From Octopus bimaculoides (Eukaryota): a stretch of 50,700 bases of DNA. The notes beneath the pieces are model-generated. The model did no database searches, was not told where the DNA came from, and saw nothing but the letters and a program-made list of their open reading frames with translations. Location of the stretch: the NCBI RefSeq assembly GCF_001194135.2, contig NC_068989.1, positions 5,945,872 through 5,996,571 of the forward strand, in the 5' to 3' direction. Positions 13,044-24,630 of this stretch are shown piece after piece (within the stretch, counting starts at the first letter, position 1; every line of letters starts with the position of its first letter). A program made the translations under genes and the position numbers.

Positions 13044-13677
13044 ATATATATATGTAAAGCAATATTTATATTTAGTAAGTAAAAAGAAATCTCAACTTTA
13101 TTTGGATTGATAAAAAAAGACGACCGAAAATAATATATATGAAAATGTATTGCAGCAGAATCAGTGGAAATGTTCAAACTATTATTTTCGAAGAAAAGAA
13201 CAGAAAGAAAACAACTCTGACCTGGTAAAAATAGAAAACCGTAAATAATATAATATATAAGAAAATGTCTTGCACTGGAACTAAAATCGGTAAATATACT
13301 CAAACTATTACAATTCTTTGTAAGCTTTATTGAGAGCTGATTGAAGGTGAAAACTTACCATTTTGTGTACAATAACCACTGTGTTTTATATCTAAAACGA
13401 GACTTTCTAGAGAGACTTAATATGATCAATATTATTTTGTTGGCGATTGATTCCATTAAAATCTGTAGGAAATGATTATAAGACAAAATAAATCATCTCC
13501 TAAATACAGAAGATTTTAAATCTCACCAGTTTATAGCCGAATAGAATATTCCAGAGATGCTCACATTACAATTACGGTTCTTGGCGTCGTTCTTCGTTAA
13601 TTATAGTTTTAAAATCTACAGAAAGTATCAAGATAAACTGGGTCATCGCTTATGCAAGAATGATATCACATGTACGC

Positions 13678-13859
13678 GCAGGCGTGGCTGTGTGGTCAGA
13701 TGCTTGCTTTCCAACCACGTAGTTCCAGGTTCAATTTCACTGCATGACATCTTGGGCAAGTGTCTTCTACTATAGCTTCGGGACAGCCAAAGCCTTGCGA
13801 GTGGATTTGGTAGAGGGAAACTGAAAGAAGCCCATCGTATGTAATATATATGTGTTTGC

Positions 13860-13903
<44 letters not shown>

Positions 13904-14105
13904 ATATCTAGGAGTGTGCCTTTTTGTTTGTCTCACACCACCGCCTAACAACCGGTGTTGGTGTGTTTACATCTCCCCAACTTAGCGATAGAATAAGTTT
14001 CAGGCTTAAAAAGAAAATAAGTACAGGGGTCGATTCGATTTACTAAAATTCGTCAAGGCGGTGCTCCAACTTGGCCGCAATCTGATAACTGAAGCAACTA
14101 AAACG
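13678..14105 (+). mobile_element. SINE family A, full length with internal (TG)n
   Basis: tRNA-like head with box A-like tggctgtgtgg and box B-like ggttcaatt; internal microsatellite; 3' half ending ggtgctccaac..ctgaa. Confidence 0.9.
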
Positions 14106-14164
14106 TAAAAAACAGTTTGATAATAAAAAGAAAAAAGCATTTTCCATAATGGAAAAATATATAG

Positions 14165-14645
14165 CATTACTATTGGTTTCAAATGTGACACAAGGCCAGC
14201 AAGTTCGTGGAGGGGGTGGGTAATTCAATTACATTGATCTCAGTGTTCAAATGATGCTTATTTTATCGACCTCAAAAGTATGAACGGCAAAGTCAACTTT
14301 GGTGGAATTTGAACTCAGAACGTAAAGATGGACGATATGCCACTAAGCATTTTGCCCCCCGCATGCTAATGATTCTACCAGCTCGCTACTTTCTTTAAAC
14401 TGCAATATTGATTTCAAAATTTTGGACAAAGCCAGCAATTTTGGGAACAGGGGGTAAGTCGATTACATCGACCCCCGCGCTCAACTGGTACTTGATCCCG
14501 TCCTCAACTGGTATCGACCTTGAAAGAATGAAAGGCAAAGTCGACCTCGGTGGAATTTGAACTCAAAACCTAAAAAAAAGAAAAAGATGAAATGTCGATA
14601 AGCATTTTCCCCGAGGTGTAAACACTTCTGCCAGCTCGCCGCCAT
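14165..14645 (-). mobile_element. two tandem SINE family B copies (14165-14392, 14405-14645)
   Basis: Each ends on + with ggaatttgaactca..ctgccagctcgc (or ctaccagctcgc), the reverse complement of the tRNA-like head gcgagctggcagaa..tgagttcaaattcc. Confidence 0.85.
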
Positions 14646-14899
14646 CTTTAACCTGTAATATTCAGGCGTATTTCTTTAGATTTCAGTAACCAATTTCAAA
14701 TCCTCCTGTCTGATCTGATTAGAGAATTATAGGCTTCAACATAACGTGGGCGTTGTTATTTTCAAGCAAATTTCGTTGTTGTTGTTGCTGTTGTGGTTCC
14801 TATGTGTTCCTGGTGACCATTTTTTGGCGTCTGTTTCATAATTTTCGTAATTTTAGGTGTTGATGTTATATTTTAATTTTCTCATTATTTGTACCGTTG

Positions 14900-15052
14900 C
14901 TTAAATTCCCTTCCCCGTTCCTCTAAAAACGAATTAGGCAGCCGCCGCTGTTATGGGAAATACCTCTCGCTCACAACCTATCAGACGGCCATCTTGAAAT
15001 AATATTTTAGCCTTCAGAGCAGAAATGATATTCATTGCCAAAACAGGTAAGA
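14900..15052 (+). promoter_or_regulatory. candidate promoter or short exon with YY1-like site and strong splice donor
   Basis: Locally GC-rich, not a recognised repeat. CGGCCATCTTG at 14986-14996, kB-like GGGAAATACC at 14955-14964, donor CAG|GTAAGA at 15046/15047. Confidence 0.35.
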
Positions 15053-15102
15053 TATTTAACGATCTCACCTTCCTCTTTTAAAACGAAACCTCTACTGACA
15101 TT

Positions 15103-15137
<35 letters not shown>

Positions 15138-15244
15138 GCCAGTAAGTAAATCCAGTAGAGCTGCTTAATAATGCAACTTAGCATGGAAACATTCAACACG
15201 AGTAACAACAAAAAAGCAACACAACAACAACAGTCCTTTTTAGT

Positions 15245-15940
15245 ATAGGCTCAAAACCTGATATTCGATGGGAGGAGGCTAGTCGATTACAGAGAACCCG
15301 GTGTTGAAGACAAAGTCGACCTCGGTGGAGTTTGAAACACCATCCCAACAATTATGATAACTGAACCGATGAACATGATGCCGGAGGCATTCTGTATTAA
15401 TAATGATTAAAAAGACAAAACAGTAAATTTCACAATTTAAATAAATTGTTACAGAAAAGTGAAGTATATAAATATTTTGGCTCTAGAATGCCTTATTCAT
15501 TTCAAGAAAGATAAACAAACAACAATAGCAAACTCTCGGAAATTTCATGACTGTTCATGCAAGCAATTTTCATGACACCATCTGGGTTCTATATGACACT
15601 TAGGAGTTCATATAGGATTTTGTTGTTAAAATTTGTGTGCTGTAAACTGGTTATATTTTACAATATACAAAATATTTAAACGTATTTTTTTTATACAAAT
15701 CCAAATAAAATTTAATGATAAAAATATCACAGAAACATTGAATGACTTTGGGGCTCTCTCTTCTCTGAGCAAACTAGGAATCAAAGGGGGCAACAAGCAA
15801 AAAATGGTTGAGAACCACTGACAGACTCTGAAGGAACGAAAGACAAAATTGACAATGGTGGGATTTGAACTCGGAACGTAAAGAGCTGTAGGAAATACAG
15901 CTAAATACGTTGTCCAACGTGTTAACAATTGAGCCAACTC
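15245..15940 (-). mobile_element. two degenerate SINE B fragments (about 15245-15340 and 15785-15940)
   Basis: aaagtcgacctcggtggagtttgaa and ggtgggatttgaactcggaacgtaaag. Confidence 0.6.
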
Positions 15941-16557
15941 AACATTTTTGATACCCAACCATATATCTTTTGTAGCATTCGAACTTTCTATTCCGATTCT
16001 TTGTTGATGTAAGGCAGCCCAGCAATTTTGAAGGTCACGTGGGAGGTGAACAGGAAGTGAATGCTTCTTGAAGAGTTCACAACCGATTTGCAGGATATTA
16101 TTCTCTTTCGAGTACTTAGGTTGATGTGTATATTTATGCAGCCGTTGTTTAGTAGATGCTGTCAAAGTGATACCATACAATACTCGAAATTTGTTTATAC
16201 AAATCTTCCGTTTCTTTACCATTTTTTTCTTCCAAGATGGAGCTTGTCAATATCACTGTTTCTGTGTATGTTATGTTATGTTATATTATGTTATGTTATG
16301 TATGTATGTATGTATGTATGTATGTATATATCTATCTATCTTTCTATCTGCCTGCCTGTATGTATGTATGTATATATGAATGTGTGTATGTATGTATGCG
16401 TGTATGTATGCATGTATGTATATATGCGCGTGTGTGTCTGTCTGTGTGTATGTAAGTACGTACTATGTATGTGTATATGTATGTATGTATGGATGGATGG
16501 ATGGATATTTGAATGGATGGATGTAGCTAGCAGGCGTATGCATCTGTGCGTATGCAT

Positions 16558-16604
<47 letters not shown>

Positions 16605-17519
16605 TGTTTATGTTTACGTATGTGCGCTGAATCAGAATGTTTTAAGTATAAGTATGGATAACATTGTGTACTTTTGCGTGTATGCATACGTAACCAAATG
16701 TGTAAAAGAATATTTGTTTGAGATGAACGAGTATGAGGTTAAGCGCATGCGCTCTTGATTGTGCGTTTATTCCCCCACCCCCACCCCACTCACACATCTC
16801 TCCCCCTCTCTCTCTTTGAGTGTCCACTTGCCTTCAAGGGAGCGGTACCAGACGGGTGCTATTTATATCACGCGTTTTCTATTTTTAACAAATTTGAGAA
16901 GTCATTTTTACTCTATTTTTTCTCAATTTGTTTGTCAGCCTGTTAATTATTTTTCAGTGCCTTAAGTAGTGTAGTGGCAAAATTGGCAGGGAACCGGAGG
17001 GAATGCGTTACAATATAGTTAATTCATTATTCTACCGCTTGAGTTCGAATCCTGGTGTACTTCATCTTTGTTTTTACATCTCTCCGGGGTCGGCAAGACA
17101 TGCCGAATATGGAATATATACTCTTAAATTTGACAATATTGCTCTAATATTGCTCAACTATTGTTGTTGTTGCTGAGTTGTCTAACCCAGGGTTACCCCT
17201 GACAGCGCATGCGTATGGTCAAAGGCGTTCCAGTGGTGACCATCCTGTCTTTTTTGGAAACATTATGTATCTTAAGCAACGTTATTTAATGTATTTTTTC
17301 TTATTTCTAAGTCTGTAAGGTTTAAGTTATCTCGTAGTAGCTCTCTCATTGGCTCAATTATCCAAAAGACAAATATTGAAGTTATTACCTTTTTTTTGTT
17401 GTTGCCTAACTTACTTCTTTAAATTACTTTATGCTTTCTTAGAATAGAAAAGTGTATGATAAAGTTATGATAATGTTTTGCTTCTGTAATAGGGCATTAG
17501 AAGGATACTACACAGATAT

Positions 17520-17940
17520 CAGCACTGGATTAGCAATTAACCAAAATAATCACGTGCTTAGAGCATCAAGAGAAAACGGAGGCACTAAAAAATGGGAAAT
17601 GGTTTACGACACAAAAGAAATCACTTTAAACTTGCTAAAATAACATTCGGGATGCCTTATTTCAACTAAGCATTGAAGCAGATGTGTTACATAAGATTAG
17701 TTTTGAGGATCTGATCAAAGACTTAAGAATTAAAAGATATAGGAGAAAGCTTTTCAAATATAAAGTGGAGGTATACAAAAATAAACATTATTTTCCATCT
17801 TTATTGTTACTTTTGTTTCATTCTGAAAAATAAAAAATTATTTTCTGGTTTATTACTGTTTATGGTTTGAATCACATATTTATGAGGGTACCAAAGTCTT
17901 TTAAACCCTTAGGGCCTCTATGGGTCTTAGTTGGGCCCTG
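17520..17940 (+). mobile_element. hAT transposon 3' part: C-terminal dimerisation domain plus 3' terminus
   Basis: 17666-17756 reads LSIEADVLHKISFEDLIKDLRIKRYRRKLF, typical of ZMYM1-like hAT C-termini. Ends in tagggcctc..gggccctg at 17940. Confidence 0.65.
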
Positions 17941-18129
17941 ACAGATACTCGCAGGTCGTCTGAAATTATGAGCAGAAGAGTAAAAACTTAAGAAATGTGG
18001 AACCTCTTTGTCTTAAAACTTTTGTTAAAAAAATTAATGAATTGCTGACTGAAATTGCAGACGGGTGTTCGTATTTTTTATCTTAGATGTTAATTTTTCT
18101 CTTTCTCATTCCTTCAAGAATTTTCAGGA

Positions 18130-19675
18130 TTTCTATCGTATATTAATCTTACTGCACTAATCCAGTCCACAGAAAAGCGTTCACCAGTAGAGACAGCAGG
18201 GAAAGGAGACGGCCGTAATCAGGGGTTTTCAGACGTTATTTGACGTTGGAGTCCAGCATGATCTCTACCATAAGTATTCAATACATGGATCTACCTCAGC
18301 AGGCTCAAGTGGTACCAGAACTGATCGGGACTATGGCCATGATAGTAGGCTTGATATAGAAAATTTACATGAAATGCTGGCTTGTCCGGAAAGTCCAGAA
18401 ACGCAGACAAAACACGGAGAAACAGCTCAAGAAGGCCGAAAGAGCCAACATTTAACAGAAAACATGTTGAAAGTGTTTGAGATTGAATTTTTCCCTCTCA
18501 AATATTATTACTAAAGAGAACATAACTGATAGGATTTGGAAAGGATCTCTACCACACCGAAAATATTTATCTAATGATTTTACTGGACTAGAATATGCAA
18601 TGTCGGTTTCTCATATTCAAACTAACATATGATAGAAACGAGAGCCGCCGACAATGGTTGGTATTTAGCCATAGAAAGCATTCCTTGTATTGCTTGTTCT
18701 GTAGACTTTTCTGTTATAGAGTAGGCTCACAGCTGCAAAAGCACATTCAATCATGGCTGTTGAACATGCAAACAGTGCAGCATACAAGAGCCGTTATCTT
18801 GCTTGGTGTTAGTTGCAGAGAAGGTTAGAAAGTGATACTAAGATTGATGCGATGTCTCACAAGGCATAAATGACACCGGCAAACAGCGGAATATAATTAC
18901 TAAGATAACTGATGTCGTAATGTTTCAGAGATGAAGAGGATTTTCTTTCTGTAGCTCATCCCACCGAATCAACAACATCGATAAGGGGAAAATTCGTGAG
19001 GACCTTGAAACGATTCAGTTCTAGCAGGATTTGTTACAAATATTCTCAGAAAAAAGATGAACAGCTTCAAGTTTACCAGATTATTTAAAGGCGTGGGGGT
19101 GGCTGTGTGGTAAGTAGCTTGCTTACGAACCACATGGTTCCGGGTTCAGTCCCACTGCGTGGCACCTTGGGCAAGTGTCTTCTACTATAGCCTCGGGCCG
19201 ACCAAAGCCTTGTGAGTGGATTTGGTAGACGGAAACTGAAAGAAGCCCGTCGTATATATGTATATATATGTATGTATGTATGTGTGTGTATATGTTTGTG
19301 TGTCTGTTTGTCCCCCCTGAAATCGCTTGACAACCGGTGCTGGTGTGTTTACGTCCCCAAACTTAGCGGTTCGGCAAAAAGAGACCGATAGAATAAGTAC
19401 TAGGCTTTCAAAGAATAAGTCCTGGGGTAGATTTGCTTGACTAAAGGCGGTGCTCCAGTATGGCCACAGTCAAATGACTGAAACAAGTAAAAGAGTAAAA
19501 GAGTAAAAGAATCGTATATTGGATGAAATAGGAGCTGAAAATTGTATTCCATTGCTGCAACGCAGTATACTAACCCTGTGGAACAGACAGAGTGTATTAA
19601 TTAATGCGTGGCCGGAGGTGATACTGAATTTGTAGAACAAGAAGTATTTAAAATTTTGTTTAAACGGGAGATACA
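18130..19675 (+). mobile_element. hAT (ZMYM1/DUF4371-type) transposase pseudogene, N-terminal half, interrupted by a SINE
   Basis: RQWLVFSHRKHSLYCLFCRLF (TTF-type zinc finger, 18649-18711), then NIITKITDVVMF. After the SINE it resumes as KNRILDEIGA / YSIAATQYTNPVEQT. Confidence 0.8.
19088..19510 (+). mobile_element. SINE family A, full length, young-looking, nested in the hAT
   Basis: Complete head, internal (TA/TG)n, tail (GTAAAAGA)3. Confidence 0.95.
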
Positions 19676-19841
19676 AATAATACAGGCACTCCCCATACAC
19701 ACACATGCACTTGCTGAACATAAACAAACATAGACACACATAGAGAGATACGCATGCGCAAATATAGACACATGCAATAGGAATACAAAATGGCTGATCG
19801 TTAGTAAGGAGGGACACACAAATAAGAAAGAAGAAAGCAAA

Positions 19842-19886
19842 GGACCACTGACGAGGTCACAGAAGTGTGACGAAAGAACTCTGGCC
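19842..19886 (+). ncRNA. minimal type I hammerhead ribozyme motif with intact core
   Basis: GGACCA-CTGACGA-G-GTCACA gaag TGTGAC-GAAA-G aa CT-C-TGGCC. Perfect 6-bp stem II, stem I pairing with one bulge, cleavage triplet CUC. Confidence 0.65.
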
Positions 19887-20022
19887 GAAATACGATTAAT
19901 GTAATATAAAGCTGAAGCAAATTAACACCAAATGTATAGTGCGTGTGTTTTTATTGGCTAAACTGGCAACATGACCATCCCCAAATACAACAATATATAT
20001 ATACATATACTTCTTCAACAAG

Positions 20023-20122
20023 AATATTGACAGTGTTTTCGAAGTTTCGGTCAGTTAAACCATCTTAGGCAGTCGAAACTTCGAAGTTACTGTCAATAAT
20101 TTTCTTATTTCAGAATGATAAA
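20023..20122. repeat. dispersed palindromic element (copy 1), hammerhead-like halves
   Basis: attgacagt/actgtcaat and ttcgaagtttcg/cgaaacttcgaa arms. Same element at 33790-33903, half copy at 36851-36900. Confidence 0.75.
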
Positions 20123-20997
20123 NNNNNNNNNNNNNNNNNNNNNNNNNNNNNNNNNNNNNNNNNNNNNNNNNNNNNNNNNNNNNNNNNNNNNNNNNNNNNN
20201 NNNNNNNNNNNNNNNNNNNNNNNNNNNNNNNNNNNNNNNNNNNNNNNNNNNNNNNNNNNNNNNNNNNNNNNNNNNNNNNNNNNNNNNNNNNNNNNNNNNN
20301 NNNNNNNNNNNNNNNNNNNNNNNNNNNNNNNNNNNNNNNNNNNNNNNNNNNNNNNNNNNNNNNNNNNNNNNNNNNNNNNNNNNNNNNNNNNNNNNNNNNN
20401 NNNNNNNNNNNNNNNNNNNNNNNNNNNNNNNNNNNNNNNNNNNNNNNNNNNNNNNNNNNNNNNNNNNNNNNNNNNNNNNNNNNNNNNNNNNNNNNNNNNN
20501 NNNNNNNNNNNNNNNNNNNNNNNNNNNNNNNNNNNNNNNNNNNNNNNNNNNNNNNNNNNNNNNNNNNNNNNNNNNNNNNNNNNNNNNNNNNNNNNNNNNN
20601 NNNNNNNNNNNNNNNNNNNNNNNNNNNNNNNNNNNNNNNNNNNNNNNNNNNNNNNNNNNNNNTAAATATTGTCATTCCAAGAATAATTGAAAAATCAACT
20701 GGAAATTTATTTCTAGAAGTTCGGAATCTCATCAGTATTTCTATAAATAATGACGTGTATGTATGTATGTATGTATGTATGTATGTATGTATGTATGTAT
20801 GTATGTTATGTATGTATGCATGCATGGTATATATGTGTGTGTGTGTTTGTGTTTGTAAATATGTTTTGAATGTACGTACGTATGTATAAAATATGTATAT
20901 ATTACATAATATTACATGTGTGTATATATATATATATACATATATGCACCATACACACATACACATACACACTCACATATATATACAAATATATATG

Positions 20998-21082
<85 letters not shown>

Positions 21083-22227
21083 TTTTCTGTGTGAGTTAGA
21101 GGTTGAGAAACCAACTAAGGGATAGTACCTAGCCAATGTACTCGCAATTGAGTATTATATATGGGCGAGGGTAAAAAGTGGTTTACTCTTGGTTTATATG
21201 GCAAATAAGAAAGTGGAGAGGATATGAAATCGACAGACATCAACCGGTAAACATTCCAGTAAGTCTGTTTATTCCAATGTATTGGATTGATACACACATA
21301 TGTATTAGTGGTACATATTATCAAATGGAAAGTGTTAGTAATTGGTAATTGCAAAAACAATATATAGGAACGAGTGATCAATTGAGTAGATGAGCAAATG
21401 AGCTAATGAACAGATTGTCTATAAAACCGAATGGGTGTGTTGGTGCTAGTTCCTTACGGCCGTTTCTGCCAAGAGGCGACAAAATCTTCCAGGTAATCTC
21501 CATCTCGCCAATGTTATGTAGGGATGAGCAGGTAAGGCTTGAATAATGAATGTGCCCCTAGGCATCTTAAGATGGTCTTAATGGTTGCGGGGGCTAACAC
21601 ATATATATAGAAGTCAGTTAACAATAGCTACAATGTGTTTGCCTTTTTTTAAATAGAGTAGAAAAAGAATAAGAGTAAGAATTAGAACAAGCACGAGGAT
21701 ACAAGTGAAGTACATCTTAATATAATGGTTTGGGCATAGCAAGGAGGAATAAGATACAGACTTCTCGTGATGTTTTATAATATCCATGTTATTTCGTCCA
21801 ATGGTGGATAGGTGAATAAATTCGTTCTCAGGAGGAGTTTTTACAGGAAAGAACATTTTATGCAGTAGTTCACATTATGTTTACATATAACTTCACTGAA
21901 GTTATAAGTGTAATTAAGGTTTTTTTTAAAAAAAAAAAACTGTATTTTAATTAGGCTTAAATGATAGAGCTCAATTCGAGGAATTTCATGGTATCAATCT
22001 CATCCAATGAAGTTTTAAAAGAAAAAACGTTATGAGTGTTTGTTTCTCAAATTTGAGGGTGATAATATAGTTCTATACGTTTTATGAATATAGTTCTATA
22101 ATTCTATAAGGAACATTTAATATATGTCACCGGCGTCATTAAGGTAAGGAAAAAATATCAACGACACCGCTATTTGACACATTATTAATAATCATAACAG
22201 CATATCCTGGAAAAAAACACGGATTAC

Positions 22228-23090
22228 ATGGAAAATGCGAGCAAGAGGAATAATATTCTTAAGATTATAAACTTGGAAAATTGCAGGACAAGTTATTACA
22301 CATAGAAAAGTTTAGGACAACTTATTACACATAGAAAAGTTTAGGACAACTTATTACATCTGGTAGAGAACAGAAGAAGAAAACTTTTACTCAAAAACAT
22401 TGCAGGTAAGGATAAAATTTGAATATTAAAAATTATTTGATTTTAATTAACAAAGTAACATTATAATTAAAAAAGGTACCATCGTTTTGTTAAAATATTG
22501 GCACACTAGAATACTTAAGATATGAGAACCAGAAGTACCAATATAGCTAAAGTTTTATGGAAAGTAGAATAGTATATATATTGTAGGTGAATTCATTCTG
22601 TAAAAAATAGGCAAAAATGTGAAGACTTGGCAATAATTCAAGCAAATTTTACTGCGAATTTGTTGTTATAGGTAGATTTTACCGTAATATATAACTAATT
22701 TTTGTATTATTCTATTTTAAAACTAACTAATTATGTACTACGATTGTTTTTTATAACCTATTTTCAAATTTCTAATTATCAATAAATGATTTTAAAAACT
22801 AATTTTTTTAAAGTGCAAAAAATATTTTGAGTTACTTAAAATTTTTTTACTAGAAGTAACAAATAGAGGTAATAACTTGTAATGAAATTTTAAATTTTAA
22901 TAAAAACTAATATTTTCTAAATCTAAATATTTTACCCTTAGTTGCAATATTTTTGGTAAAAATTTTCTTGTTCTGTACTTTACCAGATGTATTAAGTTGT
23001 ACTGAACTTTTCCATGTGTAGTAATTTGTCCTGTAATTTTCTAGGTTTATAATCTTAAGAATATTATTTTTCTTGCTCGTACATTTCCAT
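22228..23090. repeat. long imperfect inverted repeat (arms about 22228-22450 and 22895-23090) with AT-rich spacer
   Basis: Arms align at roughly 80% by eye. The left arm has a 29-bp tandem unit starting at 22286, 22315 and 22344 (partial). Confidence 0.85.
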
Positions 23091-23112
23091 ATTATATATA
23101 CATGTCCGTGCG

Positions 23113-23156
<44 letters not shown>

Positions 23157-23164
23157 ACCGCGTG

Positions 23165-23372
23165 TGTATCGTTGGCGATTTTCTTTCTCCGTCTTCCCTT
23201 CTTTGGACTTTTCTTATATTTCTGACGAAGGGCTCCGCTCGAAACGTGAAATCCTCTTTTTTTTCTTTCCTTTCCTGAGTGTCCAATAACACTGTACTTA
23301 TTCCACGTCCTCGCGTTGTTGTTTCTTAATGCTTTTTTCTTTTCTTGCTTGTTCATGTTTGGATTGATTGTA
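23165..23372 (+). mobile_element. Penelope-like terminal repeat (pLTR) fragment with hammerhead motif at 23218-23252
   Basis: attt-CTGACGA-A-GGGC tcc GCTC-GAAAC-GTG-aaat embedded in a pyrimidine-rich segment. Confidence 0.6.
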
Positions 23373-23490
23373 TATATNNNNNNNNNNNNNNNNNNNNNNN
23401 NNNNNNNNNNNNNNNNNNNNNNNNNNNNNNNNNNNNNNNNNNNNNNNNNNNNNNNNNNNNNNNNNNNNNNNNNNNNNNNNNNNNNNNNNN

Positions 23491-23790
23491 GTGGGTTAGT
23501 GGTTAAGGTATTCGGATCGTGATCGCTGGGTCGCGATTTCGATTACGAGCAGCGCGTTGTGTCCTCGAGCAAGACTCTTTATTTCACGTTGCTCCAGCTG
23601 AGTAGTACCTGTATATCAAGGGCCAGCCTTGTCACACTCTGTGTCCCGCTGAATATCCCTGAGAAGTATGTGAAAGGGTACGCGCGTCTGTGGCAAGCTC
23701 AAACACTTGCACGTTAATCTCACGAGGAAGCTGTTCCGTTGATCGGATCAACTGGAACCCTTGTCGTCGTAAGCGACCGAGTACCAGCTT
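23491..23790 (+). mobile_element. SINE family C, near full length
   Basis: tRNA-like head ggttagtggttaagg..tttcgatt, then gcgttgtgtcctcgagcaagac and the family C body. Confidence 0.85.
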
Positions 23791-23797
23791 TATATAT

Positions 23798-23952
23798 AGG
23801 AGTGGCTGTGTGGTAAGAAGCTCGCTTCTCAACCACATGGTTCTGGATTCAGTCCCACTGCGTGGCACCTTGGACAAATGTCTACTGCTATAGCCTCGGG
23901 CCGACCAAAGCCTTGTGAATGGATTTGGTAGACGGAAACTGAAAGAAGCCCG

Positions 23953-24015
<63 letters not shown>
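23798..24015 (+). mobile_element. SINE family A 5' half ending in (TA)n
   Basis: Matches the family A head and middle. Confidence 0.9.
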
Positions 24016-24023
<8 letters not shown>

Positions 24024-24587
24024 TATGCATATAAAAATGAGTGTACAAGTGTCTGTGTGTGTGTGCGTGTATGGGTGGGTGTTGGTTGAACTCCTGCAAC
24101 CACCCTAAAATCTTAGAAAACCTATAATGGAAATGCCAGTTGGCTATTTGTAATAACTTACAATGGAAAACTCAGACACCTATGGAGTCTGAAGCAGACG
24201 TCTTTCACAGCTGACAGGTGCTTAGAGATGGTTAACAGATGTTCGTATCCGTTTAGAAACTTCCTGAGGCCAAACTCTCAGTTTGCCTTCGGTGTGTGTT
24301 TAAATGCGTATCACTCCGTATCTAGCCGTCTGTCTTTATACCACTGTCTCTTTCTCTCTCTCTCTCTCTCTCAGTCTCTCTCTCTCAGTCTCTCTCTCTC
24401 AGTCTCTCTCTCTCTCTTTCACTCTCTCTCAAATTACTCTCTCCGTTTCCCCTCTCTCTCTTCTCATTTTCCCCCGTCTCTCTCATACACACAATTATGT
24501 TATTGTATATGTATATCCGTTTGTGCGTATGTGTTTTTAGCTTCTATCTATCTATCTATCTATATGTCGGTTAAACTTGCTGGCCAC

Positions 24588-24630
<43 letters not shown>

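Noticed and set aside
13678-13745. tRNA-like box A/box B sequences here and at other SINE starts
   Set aside because: They are SINE heads continuing into SINE bodies, with no complete cloverleaf or tRNA 3' end.
21886-21906. TATAACTTCA-C-TGAAGTTATA, resembling the outer arms of loxP
   Set aside because: It lacks the 13-bp arms and 8-bp spacer. A 10-bp-arm AT-rich palindrome is plausible by chance in 50 kb.
22286-22360. 29-bp direct repeats (CRISPR-like length)
   Set aside because: Contiguous tandem copies with no spacers, no cas genes and a eukaryotic context.
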